A stretch of 64,000 bases of DNA from Amoebophrya sp. A120 (GCA_905178155.1 CAJINV010000005.1:1328438-1392437), one strand, 5' to 3'; shown: positions 21,901-35,164, counted from the first letter of the stretch. Made by a program: numbers and translations. Notes: generated by a model not told the origin, from the sequence alone.

Positions 21901-24900
21901 GTCGGCTGGTAACGCGGATTTTCCCATCAGGGACTTTTTCAGCTTCCCGGTAGTGGAGACTAGTTGATCAGAAGTGTCGTCGATCGGATTCCCGTCCGGG
22001 CCCCAGAAACTTTCGTCGAGTTTCCCGATGATAAACGACCACGCTTCCATCAACTTCGGGTCGGAAAAGTATTGTTTCAACCTCGCGTTTTCCAGATCCT
22101 GCAAATATCCGAAGTCCGTTGCCAGTTCGGACGCCGCCTGAATCTCGATGTCCGTTCGGTTTGCCAAATCGTAAAGAACGGAAAGAAATCTTTCCACCAC
22201 TTCCTTCTTCTCCGGCTGCTCCTGGGTGTTCATGGACTTGTGAATTTCCTCCCCCTGTCTCGGGTCCTGGGTCAGGAAGAAGGACTGCTTTTCGAACAGA
22301 AAAGCGGACGCTTCTAAGTCCCTAGCGGCCGTGTGGATGTAGTTCTCTTCTGGCACCGCTGCTGATTGTCCTCCCTGCTCTCCACCACTTTCATTATTCG
22401 CCGCCGGCCCTGCGGCGCCGGAGAGTTGCAAAGTAGCGGCCCTGGTGACGCCGACCTCGGCTTTTTTCAAGGCGTCCGTTTTCTGTTTCTGCGCCTCGTC
22501 GTACAGGTTCCTCTGCCGCAACTGCCGCACTTCCGGGAGCCAGCACTGCTGTCTTTCTAACTCCGCTCTTCGCAGCTCCACGCCGTCGGGTAAGTCCCCG
22601 CGAATGGATCGCCCGTACGCCTGCTCCACGACTTTGGCGAAGTCCTTGAAGAAAGGAAACTGCAGAAGGCCCTCCCACGGTGTTGTGGGCGCGGTGGCGG
22701 GGTCCGGGAAAGAGGCCAAGTCGGCAAGTTTCGTCCGCGACGCTGCTTGCTCCGCTGTGCTGGGTGGGGTTTGCGCCGGGGGACGGGAAGCGAAATCTGT
22801 GGTGAACAAGTTTTGCTGGTTTGAAAATAGTACTGTCGAAACAACGACAAGAAACTTTGAGGCCAAGAACAGGATCCTCGTGCAAAATAAAGCATTGACG
22901 TCTACACTTACATCATGTTGAATGCAAAGAAATAGAAACGGCGCGGAAGCTGCAGATGCAGTCGCAAAATTTCATCAGTACTGACAGGCCCCGATTTCTT
23001 GGTCGGGTCCGCCCATTCCACGTTCATCACATCGTGCTCCAGCACCGCCAGACAGGTCGCCCGGAAGTTTACGTCCCTTACCTCGTCCTTGTGGATGACC
23101 GACTTCTGGTGCAGAAATGACGTTTCTACCTCCCCCTTCTCCATGTTCATCACACACACCTCGCCACTATGCGCGTCCACCGAAAACCCCAAATTGTTGC
23201 CGTACTTCCGCTATGAACTGCAAAAGTATCGCACAACTCGTAGAAATGCATTACAAATTTTCTGCACTATCCGCAGATGGGTCATCCTGTGGGATGAGCA
23301 ATTCCTTCTGCGGAGGAGTGAAGGCGCCCGAATCATGGAGGGGGTGGGATGAGCAATTCCTTCTGCGGAGGAGTGAAGGCGCCCGAATCATGGAGCACCA
23401 ACCCCTCTCCTGCCAGAAGAAAGCAGAAGGGTCTCTGTCCGTTTATAGGCACGAGACCGCATGAATCATCCGCAGACCAGTGCAAAACGATACATCCCCC
23501 GAGGGGGTGAACCAGGGTGGGAGGGACGGCAAAACTAACAACAGACCCGAGGGCCATCTTCACACACATACAACTTTCTCAGGTTCTGGCTACCGCACAA
23601 CATGCTAGGGCGGGGCCGATACATAAAATACCGCCCGCCCAGCCTCAGCCTTGGCTCACAGGCTCGCAAGACTGCTGCTGCCCGGGCATACATTTATTCG
23701 TCAGCATGAGAAATAAAATTTGTCATGCTGATCTGCCTCAAGAAAAAGATTTGTCATGCATGATTGCAATACGAGTACGATACTTTTGCACAGGATATCC
23801 GCCACTTCACGCCCGCGGAGTGGTTCACGACTTCTCGCGTTTTGTCGCTCTGCATCATCTATCAAATGCAAAAGTGTCTGGGTCTGGAAGAATGCAACTT
23901 GTAATGCGTATTTCAGAACACAGCAAAGTCTCTCATGCATACGTAGCAAAAGCTCCCCACTTTCTGTTAGCAAAGTAGGGGACTTGTCATGCGGGTTCGG
24001 CATTGCGGAAGCTTCTCGAAACCTGTGACGCTAGAGCTTCCATGCCAGACCTTCTGTGTCATACAAAAACAGCATGACTCTTCCAGACCCAGACATTTTT
24101 ACATTTGATATCATCGCAATGTTCGCGGGCGCCATCATCGCCTGTGGATTGTGGGCCCCCGCTGCGACCATTGCGGGCGAGGCAGCCGCGGAGGAGGAAC
24201 TCGTAGCAGGAGCTGCTGCAGCCCCTGTGGAGGTCGTCCCGGTGACAGAATTTGTCAAATGTTCGAAGTGCAATTGCTGTTCGGTTTGCTGATGCGCTAG
24301 TCTATCGTTGTTCTGAATCGGAATCACCCTTGCCGGGTCCCCCTGGTCGAGGTGCGGTTCCCACCACTTGATTTCGGTATCCGTCATAGAAACGAGGTAG
24401 CCGGATTCAAAGTCAAAATAAAAGTTCTTCAAGCGGTGGCACTCCGGGCTGTAAGTTAAGCGGATCAATAACGGGTAGCCCCGCGCTGGATTGTCCTCGA
24501 CCAGCAAAATCGCGCCGTCGGACCCGGCAGACGCGATTATTGCCTCGGGGAGGTTCAGCGGCTGTCGCAGGTGGTGCTCCACTTCGGGGAGGTAGTGCTC
24601 GTATTTGGAGTCCGCAACTTTCTCGGTGATCTCGGACATCAGAGCGCGCTTTTGGATCGCGTAGTCGTAATACCTGGTTTATTTTTGACAGTGCGTTGCA
24701 ATACGACAAGCCAGGAAGCAACAAACAGAATTTTTTTTGTAAGTACTAAAATCAATACATGTTCCTGTACTCTGACTTGGGTAAAATCAGTACTTACCTG
24801 TAATGCCCGATGTTATCGTGCATTTTCGGAATATACACCAGATGCGTCACCGCTCTTCCGGTGTCGTGCGTGTTCCGTAACCTGGGGCAGATTGGCTGGA

Positions 24901-27900
24901 AGGATTTGTTATCGACGATAATGATTTTCCCGCGATCACTTCCGAGTATGAGCCTTGCGTGCGCCCCGTCAAAGCAGGCGGCCTGGATGGTTTCCATCCC
25001 CTTATTGTCTTTTCTCAACTCCTGGTTATCCTCCAAAACATGCTCGTTGGTTTCCTCTTTGTCGAGTTCATAGCTCTGCTGCAACTGTTCTAACTTTGCC
25101 GCGACCGATTTCGGGTTCTTCTTCTTGTCAGTTCCGTTATTATTTCCTGATGGGAAGAAGCTACCGGAGTGGGTTTTCGACATTTTAGAACTGTTGAATT
25201 CCTCCGACTGCTCATGCCCAGGGGCGAACAAGTCGTCAAATGCGGAGAGGGACTGGTTATGCGGATCCTTGTTCGTACTTGCGGTCGAACTAGGGCCGGC
25301 GCCGCCGAAGAAGGATCCGGCGGACGTTTGGTGCATTTTGTTTTTCGTACCGTCGAACAAACTAGAAGTTGAGGACTTTTTGGGTTTTTTGTCAAACCCA
25401 ATTCCGTACTTCTTCTCTAACGCCAGCTTCTGCAGTTCCTTCTTGCGGTGAACGCGCTTTTCCTTGATTTTCCCCGTGAAAGCCCTCTCCACTGACGTTT
25501 GCAGCCGACTGTCTGCTTCCCGACTATCGGTCCGCTGGGACCGCGAGTCTTCTTCTTCAAGGGAGAGACCCATTTTGCCGAGCTGTGAGTTGTTTGGTCG
25601 GGTAGAAGGCTAGAAGAGTGGGGGAGAACGTGAAATAGCAATCTCGACATAATTTCGGTGCTTGACTAAAGTCGCGGCGTCATCCATTTTTGCTTTTCAC
25701 CTAACGCAAACCATAACCATCAACCTCATATCACTAATTCGAAACTTACATCACCTCTGCCAAAAATACCGTCGACGCCTGACTCTTCATTTGGTTCGCG
25801 ACGGACTGCGAACTGTGGCTCGCCGTGGCCGGAATCCCTTGAATGGACTCCAACGTGATTTCGCCCTGGTCCCGGTCCTTTTCCGGGACATTCTCCTCCG
25901 CGTTTTGAAAAATCGTCGCCGCGGACACGCACTCGAGCTGCGCGCCGGTCTCGCAATGGAAGGAATATACAAATTGCTCTGTCACGATCACCAAGCTGTG
26001 GTTCAAATAGCAGAAATCGGCGAAAATCACTTGGGGGATATTCCCCGCCTGCTCCGGCTGCCCGATTTTTTTCATCTTCAGCAACCTCTCACCGCCAATG
26101 ACGAAGTCCGCGGTCTCCTGTTCCTTGATGATGTCCGCAACCGTTTCCCTCACGTTCCGACCCTGGTGCCCGAGTTTGTAATACCCGTCTTCTAGCCGGT
26201 AGACCATGGCGATGTTCCCCGCGATGGTTTCGTTCTGGATTAACTGGAAGCACTGGAAGTTGTTCTTCAGATCCCAAAGCCGGATGTACCCGACGTCGTC
26301 ACACGTAATCGCCATGGAACTGCCCATGAACGCGCAGCACGTTAAGCCGGAAATGTGGCCGCGGAGCACGCCGGCGCGCTTGATGCTGGAGGCAGAGCTA
26401 CCGTCGCCGAGGTTGCCGAGGTGGTACAGACTGGCCTCCGGGCCGAAGCCGACGGTGAGGAGGAGGTCCTGGGGTGGTCGTGTTCTCAGAAACTATTTAG
26501 ATGAAGTACGAACTTGCATTTATCCAAGAGAGTCAGATGCAAATCCAAACTGAAACCACATGTGTTGTAATATCATCGCGCAATTCTTACATTTACAACT
26601 TGAAAAAAGTGCTATTATACCATCACAGGATTGAACGCCATCCCCCTCAAGCCGCAGCCGGTCGAGATTCTCTTCAATTGCGCGCCGACCGTTCTGTCCC
26701 ACAGGAGGACATTTGAATCGTAACTCGCCGACGCCATGTAAGCGTCGGGAATCTGGATCACCTGCACCACCTGGTCCATGTGCCCCCGCAAAACCGCACT
26801 GGGCGCGACCAGTTTGATGGACGGATCCCTCGTCGCCCCCGTGGGGACGAGGTTGAAGCTCATCGGGTTGCCGTAGGTTAATCTTAACTTTTCCCGGCTG
26901 TACATCCCCATATTGAAGTCGTCGAACGCACCCACCCACTCGCCAAGCCCCCCGTCGATGAACCACAGCCCGGTGAACGCGATCGCCACTGGGTAGGCTG
27001 CTTGCAATCTCAACCCCCCGTCACCGGATCCCGCGGACCAGAAGCAGAGGTGCCGGGAGGAGAAAATAACCCCGATGACGTCGTTCTTGTCGTCCACCGC
27101 TATGGACACCGGAAACGCGCCTTTTGGGGGCTGAATCACCTGCTTTGGCGGCACCATGATGCGCTCGTTTTTCAGTTTCGATCCCTTCTGCACGTCCAGT
27201 GCAGTTGGCGGCGTGCACATGTTCTGGATGTAATCTGGCAGCGAGACGTCGGACCTGCGGATCAAGCTCCCGCCCGACATGTTGTAGGGGAAGAACGGGA
27301 GGTCGCCACAGTAGATCGGCGGTCCGACATTACTCGTGTAGGCATCGTACACTTTCACGCCGGGGTATTCGCGGTCCGCGGAGAGCAACAGGCCCCAACG
27401 GTGCCAGGCTTCGAGGCAGCAAATGCCACCCTTGTGCGTGGAGTAATCCGCGATCTTGCCGACGGAAAAACGGGGGGCCTCGCGTCTGGGTGGTGTTTTT
27501 TCGTTAAATAATTTGTCTCTCCATCCTTAGCCTAACCTACCTCCACCCGATGCGTCAGCAGTAACCGTGCCCCACATAGGCACAGCCGGACCCCGGGGGC
27601 GCCACTTGGAGGCCGCACCAGTACACCCCTGTTTTGTCCGCAGGTGGCACCATTGGGGGTGCCAAATAGCATCCTTCAACTACACAGCATTACTACGTGT
27701 GCATCCATCCTGCATGACAGAATGCTGCCATCTTCAGACCTAGAATCCCGAACAACAGGCATCAGCACGGCACTACATTTTTGCATCCACGCATGTCATC
27801 GTGCAGAAATGGCAACGTGGTTAACAAGTCGCACGCGTCAACCTAGGGCGGGAGGGCGGGAAAAGAAAAAGTTAGAAGAGCAGCACCATCAGGAGCTTAA

Positions 27901-28880
27901 GGGTCTTCGTCACTCCTGGCCCAGTGTGCAACAACAATTTCATCTACAGCAAGGACACACATGCAGCATCGACATCGGCAGCCATCGGGTGCCATATGAT
28001 TACGAGCGAATTACTTATCATCACATTCTGTGCTGTGTGAAAAGTGGAAAGTCATCGTACAAGTGCGTGAGGTCGTACTTCGACTTCTCACTCTGCTATA
28101 TTGTCGGCACATTTTTGATGAGTGGGTGTGGTTCTGAATCCGAATCCGAATCCTAATCCTATTCCATTCACGCATCGCATGACAAACAAAAAGCGAAGCA
28201 ACAAAATCCTATAAAATACTGTCCTCCGTTGTTTCCGGCAGCTCCCTCCTGTTTGTCTCCGTTATCATCTTGTTTTTTCTGCGTTCGGATCTTCTGGCGT
28301 ATGAAGTGGTCCGTTACCAGAGACCAGGGCAGCTCCCCGAAGTCCTTTACCTGCTCCGCGTGCTGCGTCGCTACTTCCTGGAAGAGCACGCACAAACTCT
28401 CGACGTAAGACTTTTCCTCCCCCTTCTTCACGTCCGAATGCTGCCTCGCAAACTGCCACACGAGCTCGACAAAGGCGAGTAAGTCGATGCACTCGGGCCG
28501 AGCGCGATTGGCTAGCAACGGTTCGATATCAAATGTAAAAATGTCTGGGTCTGGAAGAATGCAAGTTTGTCATGCTTCTCTGGCATGACTCTTAAATCTG
28601 TCATGCACATTACCAAAGAGCCCCACTTTTCTGTCATGCAGAAACGTAGTTTGTCATGCAGAATAGGCAACACCTAGAAGCTCAGAAACCTGTCATGCTG
28701 AGCCAGCAATTGTGGCCTCCTCATGATACGCCACACAGCATCACAAGTTTCCAGACCCAGACATTTTTACATTTGATATTCGATTCTCTTCACCAAGGAT
28801 GCGTCCAGGAAGGACAGCGTGTCACTGGTCTGATACACGCGGTACAGATCACGCTTCTTACTGCCACCGGCTCCCGACAT
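18978..28880 (-). CDS. Large WD40-repeat protein with an N-terminal EF-hand-like region (WDR49/CFAP337-like), many exons
   Basis: WD40 signatures (LRGHMDQVVQV...ASASYDSNVLLWD, LRGHISGLT...CDDVGYIRLWDL, WKAHDSGKISSL...GDVKIW) and an N-terminal LFQEV...LPWSLV segment. Consecutive minus-strand ORFs are joined by introners and GT-AG introns. A single gene is inferred, not proven. Confidence 0.7.
18985..19145. mobile_element. Introner family B at the stop codon
   Basis: Family B TIRs; TSD acatc. Confidence 0.85.
19211..19429. mobile_element. Introner family C
   Basis: Family C TIRs; TSD gcgac. Confidence 0.9.
20987..21251. mobile_element. Introner family A
   Basis: 31-bp TIR; TSD cgatc/cgttc. 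Confidence 0.92.
23212..23797. mobile_element. Introner family B enlarged by a nested ~440-bp insertion
   Basis: Family B ends; TSD tccgc at 23207-23211 and 23798-23802; removal gives in-frame SAGVKWR|KYGNNLGF. Confidence 0.8.
23289..23395. repeat. Exact 52-bp tandem duplication (55-bp period)
   Basis: gtgggatgagcaattccttctgcggaggagtgaaggcgcccgaatcatggag at 23289 and 23344. Confidence 0.9.
23860..24110. mobile_element. Introner family A (reverse orientation)
   Basis: Family A TIRs; TSD tcatc; frame restored (NIAM|MQSDK). Confidence 0.9.
28527..28778. mobile_element. Introner family A (reverse orientation)
   Basis: Family A TIRs; TSD ttcga; frame restored (KRIE|PLLAN). Confidence 0.9.
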
Positions 28881-31806
28881 GATGCTGGTGTGGTCGTTCT
28901 TGCTACGGAGGTCGTTCGGGAGTGTTATGATCCACGCGGCAAGAGTTCTACATTTTCACGCAGTGGTCGTACTTCTTGTCGGGGCTGACCTCCTTCTTCC
29001 TAAAGAGGTCGGCTTCACTAGATTTTTTGGGTCAATCTACTTGCGATGAAATCGTCGAGAAGCACGAGCAGGAGCACGATCGAGACGGACAATACTACAT
29101 CCGAAAGTGCGACAATATTGAAAAAATCAAGTCCGCTCGTCGTTCTCCTGCACACTCACGAACTCAGGCACTCGTCGTACGCTCTCGATTCGACGCGAAA
29201 AAACGCTGTCGTGAATGCAAGATCGAGAGGCCCGGGAATAATAATTACATCCCAGTAGTACGCTACACGACGATATCACGACGCGCCTTAAGCGAAGACG
29301 ACAAGAATGACCGCTGACGATCGACCCCTGACCTGGACGACATTACAAGGGAAAGCGGCTAATTGGCGGGCGATTCGAACTTTTCCAAAACTTTTCATTT
29401 GACTTTTCAGGATTTCAGGGTATTGAAAACGATTTGATAAAGCGAGTCAGAACGAAAAAACGCAGTGAAGATACTCCAAGCGACAGAACAGGGGCGCCTG
29501 CGAGGTCTTGGGCGCCGACGCCTCCTCTTGTCCCGCGGGTGATCGGCGAAGCCCGAGCGACCGCCTTTCCACCCGCCGAAGCGTGCGCGCGCGCCGGGTA
29601 CCCGCCGACCGCACGCAGCCAACGGCTGCCGGCGCGGGCGCCCTAAAGAAAAAGGCCATGACCGCCCATCGCACCCACCCGCCCCCCAGGCCCGGAAGGC
29701 CTACCCGGGAACTGACTAGGAGGAGGGCTACCGACACAGGGAAGGGGGCCGGTCCGCCAGACCCTAAACCCGACGCAACCGGGCACCCGGCAACGCGCGC
29801 CCTCGCCAAAAAACGCGCGCGCCCAAGCCTCACAAACACCCGGAATCGCGGCGCCAGCCCGCGCCTCCTGCCGCCGGCGGGCCGCCACCGCGAAACGGCC
29901 CGACCCTGGCAGCTTTCTGAATGCAAAGCAACCACCGGCCAAAAGCTGCCGGCGGTGTGTGCTGCTGTTTCGCGCTCTTCCACATGAAGAAGATCAAAGC
30001 GCGCCAGCCTGTTGGGCTTTGTTTGACTTCAACGAACCGCCGGCGCCGGGCTCTATCGGTCGCCGACTGATAATACTAACGACGCAGGGGGGCCGACAAA
30101 GAAAAGGGGCACCCCCCTGAGGCGCCGGCCGCGTGGGGTTCTGGCGATTTGGGGCGCGCAAAAGAGCGCCCCAAAAAACTCGCGGCAAATCAGAAAAGCG
30201 AAGCCGCACGACAGGGCCGGGCGGGGCTTCGTTGGTTCGGAGCATTTGGCCGGCCGCGAAAGCGGCCCCCACCTTTTCGCCGGTTTCTATGCGGCGGAAG
30301 CTTTGCAAAGGGTGCCGGCGCGCAAAGAAAAAACACAGAAAAGCAAAAGCGCGCCAAGCGCGCGAGGCCAATCCCCATGCCATGGGCCCGGTTTGCCTTC
30401 GGTTTTAGGGCGCTCCACCGCGGCGCCCGGATCGGCCCCATGCCGCCGGGGCTGGCTTTCGGGCAGGGGTTCTGAAAATTTGGCAAAGAACTGCCATGCT
30501 CTCCAAAAGACGGCCAAGCCACGCGGCATGGCCATACCAAAAGCGGCACGGTGGGCCCAGAAAAAGCACGCAGTGGCTGGCCAGGGCAACGGTCGGCGGG
30601 CAAGGCAGCCAGCGGCACCGACCTCACCACCTCCGCCACGGAGGCTATATTTGGCACGCTGGGCACACGCAGCAGCGGCTTACCGTCCGGCAGCCCCACA
30701 CGTAGCAAGCAAACAGGCCCCGAGGGTAAGTAAGCCCCCACGACGTCCCCTCCCCTACGTCGCACGCAGGGGCGCAGTTCCGCCCGTGCACCAACCACAT
30801 CGCCCGGCGCCCCAATATGGCTCGCCCCGCCCGAAACGGTGTCGAGCGTGCCATGCGGTCCGACGTCGGACCGCACGGTATGCTTGTCGGAAAAGCGAAA
30901 CAGCAAAGGCACAGGCCCCGGCTGACCAGATAGAGACGAAGCAGATCGCCCAATCCCGGCCGACAGGGTGGGGCGCAGGGCGAGCGAAGGGCGAGACGAA
31001 CGATGGGTGGCAATCGGGCCGCCGGCACGTAGAAAGTAGACCCGCGGCGGCGCCGCCCGGTATTCCAGGCGGGCGCGCAGGCAGGCCGGCGGGGCCCAAC
31101 ATGCAGGCGCCCCCCCCACTCAGAGGGTGGGAGGCCCCCAGGCAGGCCGGCTCCGGCCGGCGGGCGCCTGGCGGATGCGGCGGAATCGCTTCGGCACCCC
31201 AAAAGCCCGCCTCCCCCGCCCGGGCCCGGCGGTGCACAGGCGCCACGCCCGCGCGGCTGTTGCCTGCCGGCACACTGTGGCCGGCCCCGGTCTAGGTCGG
31301 TCGCGGGCGGGGGGGCGAAGGACTGGCGCGGCCGGGCCGGGTGTTCCTTCCGTCTATGGGTTTGGGCAAACCACCGCCAACTCCAGCGGCGCCCGGGCCC
31401 CCAAGAGCCCGCCGCCGCAAGTGTGGAGTACGCGGAGCGCATGCCCCGCACGCGCCCCGAACGGCGCAACGCGCCAAGTTCAGGGGGTCGGTAGCAACCG
31501 CCGAAGCCCGGGCGCCCTCTCTTGGTTCGCAGCAAGCGAGCGACACGCGCACCGGCGCCCCCGGGGCGTGAATCCGCTGCCCGGTGGCGCATGCGACAAC
31601 ATAGCGCCGGCCGCCCGCCGGGGCGGAGCCGGCCGCTTGCCTGGCTACGTGCGCAATAACCGCAGGCGTGCCTGCCGGGAGGCTGTGCCTCTTTTCGGGC
31701 GCAAGGCAGCCGCCCGAGGGCGGCCCGGCTGGCGGGCAGGAACAAAGGGCAGGCGCCGGGCGGCGAAACTTTTCCGACCCTCTACCGAAAACTCTGCCGG
31801 AAACTT

Positions 31807-32024
31807 TGCCGAGAACTTGCCGAAAACTTTCCCCCGGACTTTCCCGAAAAGTCGGCGAAAACCTTCCGCGAAACCTTCCCCAAAAATTCTCCCGTTTAAA
31901 AGTCGACCAAAAGTTACAGACCGGGAGTTGAAAAGTCAACCAAAAGTTTTCGGGTCCGAAAATGATCCCGAAGCGGGAAAGTTTCGGGAAAGTTCGGGGG
32001 AAAGTTTTCGGCAAGTTCTCGGCA
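31807..32024. repeat. Internal hairpin (~43-bp near-perfect arms)
   Basis: tgccgagaacttgccgaaaactttcccccggactttcccgaaa versus tttcgggaaagttcgggggaaagttttcggcaagttctcggca. Confidence 0.85.
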
Positions 32025-33561
32025 GATTTTCGGCACTCAGACAGAAGATTTCGCCGCCCCCTCAAAAGCCGAAAAGCCTGAAGGCGTGGCTGCGCATCCG
32101 CCAGGCTTGCGCAGAATCCTGCTGCCCCCCCCCTTTTTTACATGGCTGAGGCGGTCTCCCCGAAAATGGGGACAGAGCCTCCTGGGCGAACTTATTGCGC
32201 GCGCCGGCGCAGCAAGATGTGAGGGGCGCCCCGCGCGTGCCCCTGCTGCGCCGGCGCCCTTTCTACTCGCGAAAAGCCGGCCGCGCAAGGTAGGCCGCCG
32301 CGACCTAGGCGGAGCACTCTGGAGCGGCGGCATGGTCTCGGCGCTTTGTATGTAAGTGCGGGGGGACGGCGAATATGAAAGAGAAAGGGGCAGGCCGGGC
32401 GGCCTCTAGCTAGCGCCAAAAGAAAGGCGCCACGCCAAAACGTGAGGCGCGGGCAGCTCCAGCGAAGCGCGCCACGCCATGCGGCCCGCAGGAACATGCG
32501 AGGCCGGGCCGCGCGGCGTGCTGCGCCCCTACTTCAATGCGCCAAACATAGCCGCCGGGGCGGAGATAATGAGGCCGGCGCCGCTTCTTTGCCCGCCGAC
32601 CTCTGCCCGCGCCACGTTTTTGCTTTTTCTGGGCCCGCCGTGCCGGGGCGGGTAAGGTTATGCCGCACGGTATGGCGGCCGGTTGGGGAAAATGGCAGGC
32701 GTTGGGCAACTTGCCAAAACGCCTTCCCGAAAGCCAACCCCGACGCTATCGGGCCGACCCGGGCACCGCGGGGGGCGCCCAAAAACCGAAGGAAAAGCGG
32801 GCCCATAGGATGCGGGCGGGCTTCGCGCGCTTGGCGCGTTTCTTCTTTTTTGCGTTGTGTGTTATTTTTCGCGCCCGCGCCTTTTGCAAAGCTAGCGCCC
32901 CCCGCTGAGAACCCGGCACAAGGGCGGCCGCTTTCGATTCGCGCCCGGTTTCGCGGCCCTGCCCTACGGCTTCGCTGTTCTGGCTTCGGGCGAGTTTTTT
33001 GGGGCGCCCTTTTGGGCACCCCAAGTCGCGCGCCAGAATCCCACGCGGCCGACGCCTGAGAAGGGTGCCACGTTTGCCGGCCCCCCTACGTCATTTTTTC
33101 AGTCTTTCTACCGGCGGCCGACTGAGCCCGCCGGCGACTGCATTCATTGAAGACAAAAGCAAACAGGCGGGCGCGCTTGGGTTTTTTTCATCTTCAACAT
33201 GCGAAAAAACGCGAGCCAACGCCCCAAGCCCCCGGCCGTTTTTGGCGGTTCTTGTCAGGAAAGCTGCAGAGATAGAGCCGGCCCACGGGGTCGCTACAGT
33301 ACATCTTACAAGAGAAGGCAAACCACCCAGGCACACAGGCTCGTGCTGGAGAGCAACATACCACCCAGAGGGGCCACGGGGCCCCCGCCCGCCGGCTCGC
33401 TTGTGGGGCGGGCCACCCGGGGGAGTTGCGTTATCCATTTCCTGAACCAAAGAACACCCCACCGGGGAAGCCCACCCAACCGGCAGAGGTCGGCCACACA
33501 TCGCGACGCCCGCCGCACGCACGGACGGCCTGGCGCGAGAGGTCGGCCCACCATCGCGCGC

Positions 33562-33597
33562 CATACCATGCGGTCCGACGTCGGACCGCATGGTATG
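33562..33597. repeat. Perfect 36-bp palindrome (imperfect copy at 30846-30883)
   Basis: cataccatgcggtccgac|gtcggaccgcatggtatg. Confidence 0.9.
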
Positions 33598-35164
33598 CTG
33601 CCTCTCTGCTTCTCTCGTTCAAACAGACGAAGCAGAATAGACGGGCAACAGAAATAGACAGGTGGCGCCACCACAACGCGCCACAGACCCATATCACGCG
33701 CCGGCCATCGGGGTGGCCCCCCGACCGCAGGCCCTTGACACTTCTGCCACCGCTAGCGAGACGAGCGGAGGAGCCGCCTCTGCCCGTTGATTGCAAAAGG
33801 GGGGCGCCTTTCTTTGGCGCGCGCTTCGGTCGCGTCGCGTAACCGCGGAAAGGCGGGCAGGATACAGAATACCGGGGCGCGACGGCCTCTATTTTGTAAG
33901 AATGGCCAAGCGGCGGGCCAGAATGTAGGGGGCTAAAGGTACGTAGGACCGCGCGCGGCCGGCGTGCCATCCAAGGCACCGCGGCGGGGCGGCGCGCCCA
34001 TTCGGGCCCTGGCAGCCAGTGCCATTGCTTATTTAAAAGGCGCTCAGGGCGAAGAGGGCCGACGCGCCCCGGCATTTCCGAAGCGCGAGGCGGCGATCAA
34101 CATCCGGGCGAATACTGAAAGGCCAAAGGCCAGCGCCCGCGCACCACTTCAAAAGGTGCACAAAATGCGCACAGGGCCCCACAGCGCTCGCGAATAATCG
34201 CGAACAACCGACCACGGAGGCGCTGCCCGTCCGATGCGCGGCGGGTGGCATTTCCCGCAGCCTGCTTGGAGGCGTCGATCAAAATGGCAGGCAGCTGGCG
34301 GGCACACGCCGCGGCGAAGAGGTGCCGCCCTTTCATGCTCTGCCACTCCCAAAGTGCGGACTTACCAGCAAAAGGCAGCACGGTCCAAACAATTGTCGCA
34401 AAGCATGGATTGCCGACGATCAAAATAGCGACTTTGCCAAAAGTCAAAGTAAAAGTTTTGGAAAAGTCGCTATCCCGTTTCAATTAGCCGTTTTCCCTTG
34501 TAACGACAGCAGGACTGCCAAGACATTTTTTTTCTTGGGCTCTCGCGGTCTGTGACTCTTTCACTTTCTCCGCTTATGTTGAGTTAGTTACGAAACAGAT
34601 GGACGTGGAACAGCGACTAGAAGTCAGGAGGACATTGAACAGCTACAGCACGAAGGACTTTGATAGCAGTTTTTTTATGTAATACGAGCGACATTCTTGG
34701 GGGCCAGCGCTGGCTTCATCTTACACCTAATCACGGATCCGGATGTCCAAACAATCACAAATACAAAGCGAGTTGTTGGGGGGGGTTTTGAAGAAAGTAG
34801 AAGGAGAAGGTTTTTATACAGTGTGTGCTCCGCAGGTGAAAGTGAATTTTGATTTTTTTCATTAGACTCCATCGTTGTAGTATTATCAGTACGCATTCCC
34901 TTTGGAGGCTTCTAATCTATCGCACGCCGCACTAGCTGCTCCTGGCGTGACAATTTAATATTTTTCGAAGTTGTAAATGTAAAGCAAAAACAAAACTGGG
35001 CGACTGTTCTCCTCCTTTCATCAATGCGAAGTAAATTCAAAATTTCGCCGTGATGTTGCACAAAGACAAAGCGTTTGCTTCAGGAGATCGTTTTCTACAG
35101 GAGCGTGTCCCAGCACGTCAATAAGGTAGTGTCTCATCATCTCCACCTACTTCACCCGATGCAA

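Larger units (their letters stand above)
29343..34503. mobile_element. 5.2-kb GC-rich non-coding TIR (foldback-like) element
   Basis: TIR ttacaagggaaagcggctaattg / caattagccgttttcccttgtaa, extending imperfectly to ~65 bp. 5-bp TSD cgaca (29338-29342, 34504-34508). Internal inverted arms at ~29900-30665 and ~32530-33275. Confidence 0.85.

Noticed and set aside
23333-23569. ORF as an additional WD40 exon
   Set aside because: It lies inside the enlarged family B introner; the flanking exons join in frame without it.
27389-27661. Possible TIR pair ccccaacggtgcca / tggcaccattgggg
   Set aside because: No TSD, and the left arm lies in a plausible WD40 exon (CLEAWHRWGLLLSAD); probably chance.
5326-28778. 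Recurrent ~31-bp repeats as CRISPR or bacterial REP/IS elements
   Set aside because: They are inverted pairs with TSDs inside eukaryotic genes, not direct repeat-spacer arrays; no cas genes present.
29407-34487. Long ORFs (up to 366 aa) as a candidate transposase
   Set aside because: Open in all six frames, low complexity, and no DDE, HUH or YR motif visible.
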